Shown: one piece after another, positions 62,052 to 64,000 of the stretch | How positions within the stretch are numbered: position 1 is the stretch's first letter | How the letters are laid out: each line of letters starts with the position of its first letter | NCBI GenBank assembly: GCA_963752595.1 | Contig: CAVVYZ010000020.1 | Span: 64,001 to 128,000 of the forward strand | Length of the DNA stretch: 64,000 bases | Direction of reading: 5' to 3' | Source: an uncultured delta proteobacterium | GTDB taxonomy: Bacteria > Desulfobacterota > Desulfomonilia > UBA1062 | Notes under the pieces: generated by a model | What the model saw: the letters and a program-made list of their open reading frames with translations, nothing else | Told to the model about the DNA's origin: nothing | Databases searched by the model: none | Translations under genes and position numbers: made by a program

Positions 62052-63095
62052 ATGAGATTCTACACCAAAGAGCACAAATTTTATTGTGGAATCGATCTGC
62101 ACACCAAAAAAATGTATGTGTGCATACTGGGAAGCACAGGGGATATCATGGTTCACCGGAACATGAATACAGATGCAGGCGCTTTTCTTGAGCTCATTGC
62201 TCCCTTTCGCGAGGACATCGTGGTAGCTGCAGAGTGCATGTTCACCTGGTACTGGGTAGCTGATCTGTGCGCCAAAGAGGGAATTCCTTTTATCCTGGGC
62301 CATGCTCTCTATATGAAAGCAATCCATGGCGGAAAGAGCAAAAACGACAAGATCGATTCCCATAAAATTGCTGTGCTCCTTAAGGGCGGCATGCTGCCCC
62401 AGGCATATGTCTATCCGGCGAAGATGCGCTCTACCAGGGATCTCCTCAGGAGGAGAAATCATCTGGTGAGGAAGAGAGCCGAGCTCTTTGCCCATATTCA
62501 GAACACAAAAAGCCAGTACAACCTGCCGGAACATCTCGGCCGCATTGCCAAGCCGAAGAACAGAGAGGGCGTTGTAGAGCGATTCGACGATAGAAGTGTG
62601 AGGAAGAACATGGAAGTGGACCTTGCCATGATCGAAGCCTATGACCGCATCATCCTCCCGCTAGAGCGGGAGATTATAAAGATCGCCAATGGACATGATC
62701 TCCTTTCCTATACTCTTCTGCAAACCATCCCAGGAGTCGGCAGAATCCTCGCTCTTGTAATGCTCTATGAAATAGAGACCATTAATCGATTCGCAACTGT
62801 CCAGGACTTTGCCTCATATGCCCGTCTGGTTAAATGTAAAAAAGAATCCAACGGTAAAACCTATGGAACCAGCGGAAAGAAGATCGGCAATGCTCACTTA
62901 AAGTGGGCTTTCAGTGAAGCATCGGTACTCTTCATCAAGGGCAATGAACCAGCGAAGAAATACCTCGACCGGCTTACCCAGAAACACGGGAAAGGAAAAG
63001 CACTCTCGATCCTTGCCCACAAGCTCGGAAGAGCTGCCTATTACCTGCTGAAAAACAAAGTGGCTTTCGATACTGAGAAGTTCTTGAGCCACTAA
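62052..63095 (+). CDS. IS110-family DEDD recombinase/transposase
   Basis: Translation identical to 56755-57798. Confidence 0.95.
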   Translation: MRFYTKEHKFYCGIDLHTKKMYVCILGSTGDIMVHRNMNTDAGAFLELIAPFREDIVVAAECMFTWYWVADLCAKEGIPFILGHALYMKAIHGGKSKNDKIDSHKIAVLLKGGMLPQAYVYPAKMRSTRDLLRRRNHLVRKRAELFAHIQNTKSQYNLPEHLGRIAKPKNREGVVERFDDRSVRKNMEVDLAMIEAYDRIILPLEREIIKIANGHDLLSYTLLQTIPGVGRILALVMLYEIETINRFATVQDFASYARLVKCKKESNGKTYGTSGKKIGNAHLKWAFSEASVLFIKGNEPAKKYLDRLTQKHGKGKALSILAHKLGRAAYYLLKNKVAFDTEKFLSH

Positions 63096-63665
63096 AGAAT
63101 TGGAGGAGACGGATCAGTCCGACGCCTAACTGGAGCCATATGGGGATGGAGCACGCATTCACCTCGATCAGAAAGGGAATAGAATATCCTTGCATGATAA
63201 GAGTGCTTGAAAAAGGATGTGCCCGATTGGTACCCCGCAGCCTGTTGCGCTTGATTGGAGATCCGTCTCGCTCCTTCGATACATGCTCTTGTTGGTCAGG
63301 TTCTGCCCCTTACCCGAACCCGCGCCTAACTGGGAAGAACAGCACCCCGGCGTTTGACTGGGACGGCACGAGGGAGAACGGCATTGTTTCTAGGTCGCAT
63401 TCTTCTAAGAAGAGAGGGCAACCACTCGCTTGCATCTCTCTTCGGGAAGAATGATGAAGAGAACCTCAATAAGTGTTTGGTGCAGGATTTGATTTCGCTT
63501 GCACCCGTTGATGAAACCAAAGCCAGAGCAGCCAACATCGAGCAATATGGTTGAACGGAAAAAAGAATCGTCTTACCGTTCGAGAGTGTCTTGCCAATAG
63601 ACACACAATGCAGACGAAAAAGAAGAACAACTTTTTCGTCTTGGGGTAGTTTTATCTATTGACAA
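63096..63665 (+). ncRNA. predicted bridge/seek RNA, copy 2
   Basis: Same guide loops as copy 1. Confidence 0.72.
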
Positions 63666-63727
63666 GAGGAGGCCTTATAAGTGTTATGCTTTTTTGTAAG
63701 GCTCAGATATTAGATAATGAAAGGCTT

Positions 63728-64000
63728 TCAATGCTTTTGAATAGATGGTCTAGATGTGCTTATATCAACATTTGAAAGAACTTTATTAACCATATCATCA
63801 ATTTCAGGATATTTACTCACACGTTTATAATCAGAACGGTATTGTTTTACTCTCTTCAGGACTATGTTGGTGAGCTCTCTATCTTTTTCAGATCCCTTTA
63901 CGGGATAAAAGAATTTCATTACCTTACTATCAAGGTCCCCCTCTACCCATTCAATTGCCTTTTCAACCTCTCCTGATCGTAAGTATCTAAGTGTATGAAG
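63728..64000 (-). CDS. hypothetical cassette ORF (5' end beyond window)
   Basis: Frame open from 64000 to the stop at 63728; AT-rich. Confidence 0.55.
   Translation of the reverse strand, partial: LHTLRYLRSGEVEKAIEWVEGDLDSKVMKFFYPVKGSEKDRELTNIVLKRVKQYRSDYKRVSKYPEIDDMVNKVLSNVDISTSRPSIQKH

Larger units (their letters stand above)
61975..63683 (+). mobile_element. IS110-family, IS1111-type element, copy 2
   Basis: Same ends and ORF as copy 1 at offset 5297; one difference seen (A58285/G63582). Confidence 0.93.

Noticed and set aside
50958-63689. Recurrent ~60-bp repeats as a CRISPR array
   Set aside because: Repeats are separated by whole genes, vary in length, carry RYYYAAC/GTTRRRY ends, and no cas genes are present; they are attC sites.

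Overview
Bacterial chromosomal window, most consistent with an anaerobic Deltaproteobacteria-type organism (inferred from the gspF-N operon layout, sigma-54 flagellar promoters and a c-di-AMP riboswitch on kup). 1-34.8 kb is core: HD-GYP, thiamine pyrophosphokinase, PPIase, T2SS gspF-N, PRT/diguanylate cyclase/HAD, two ~200-bp palindromes, flagellar fliK-flgD-flgE and motA-motB-motB-fliLMNOPQR, mutS, an FlhG/MinD-like ATPase with a GspE/PilB-type N-domain, and ppiD. 34.8-45.3 kb is accessory: mug, Na/Ca antiporter, riboswitch-kup, mgtE, trpS and a hybrid kinase. 45.5-64 kb is a minus-strand integron cassette array with 12 recognisable attC sites plus one half site, four toxin-antitoxin cassettes and an eroded distal end; no intI lies in the window. 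Most notable: two near-identical IS110/IS1111-family elements sit at the same base of two attC R'' boxes. Their ~570-nt 3' non-coding end reads as a bridge/seek RNA with two tandem attC-reading target loops plus one donor loop. Several single-base frameshifts in core genes look like assembly errors.
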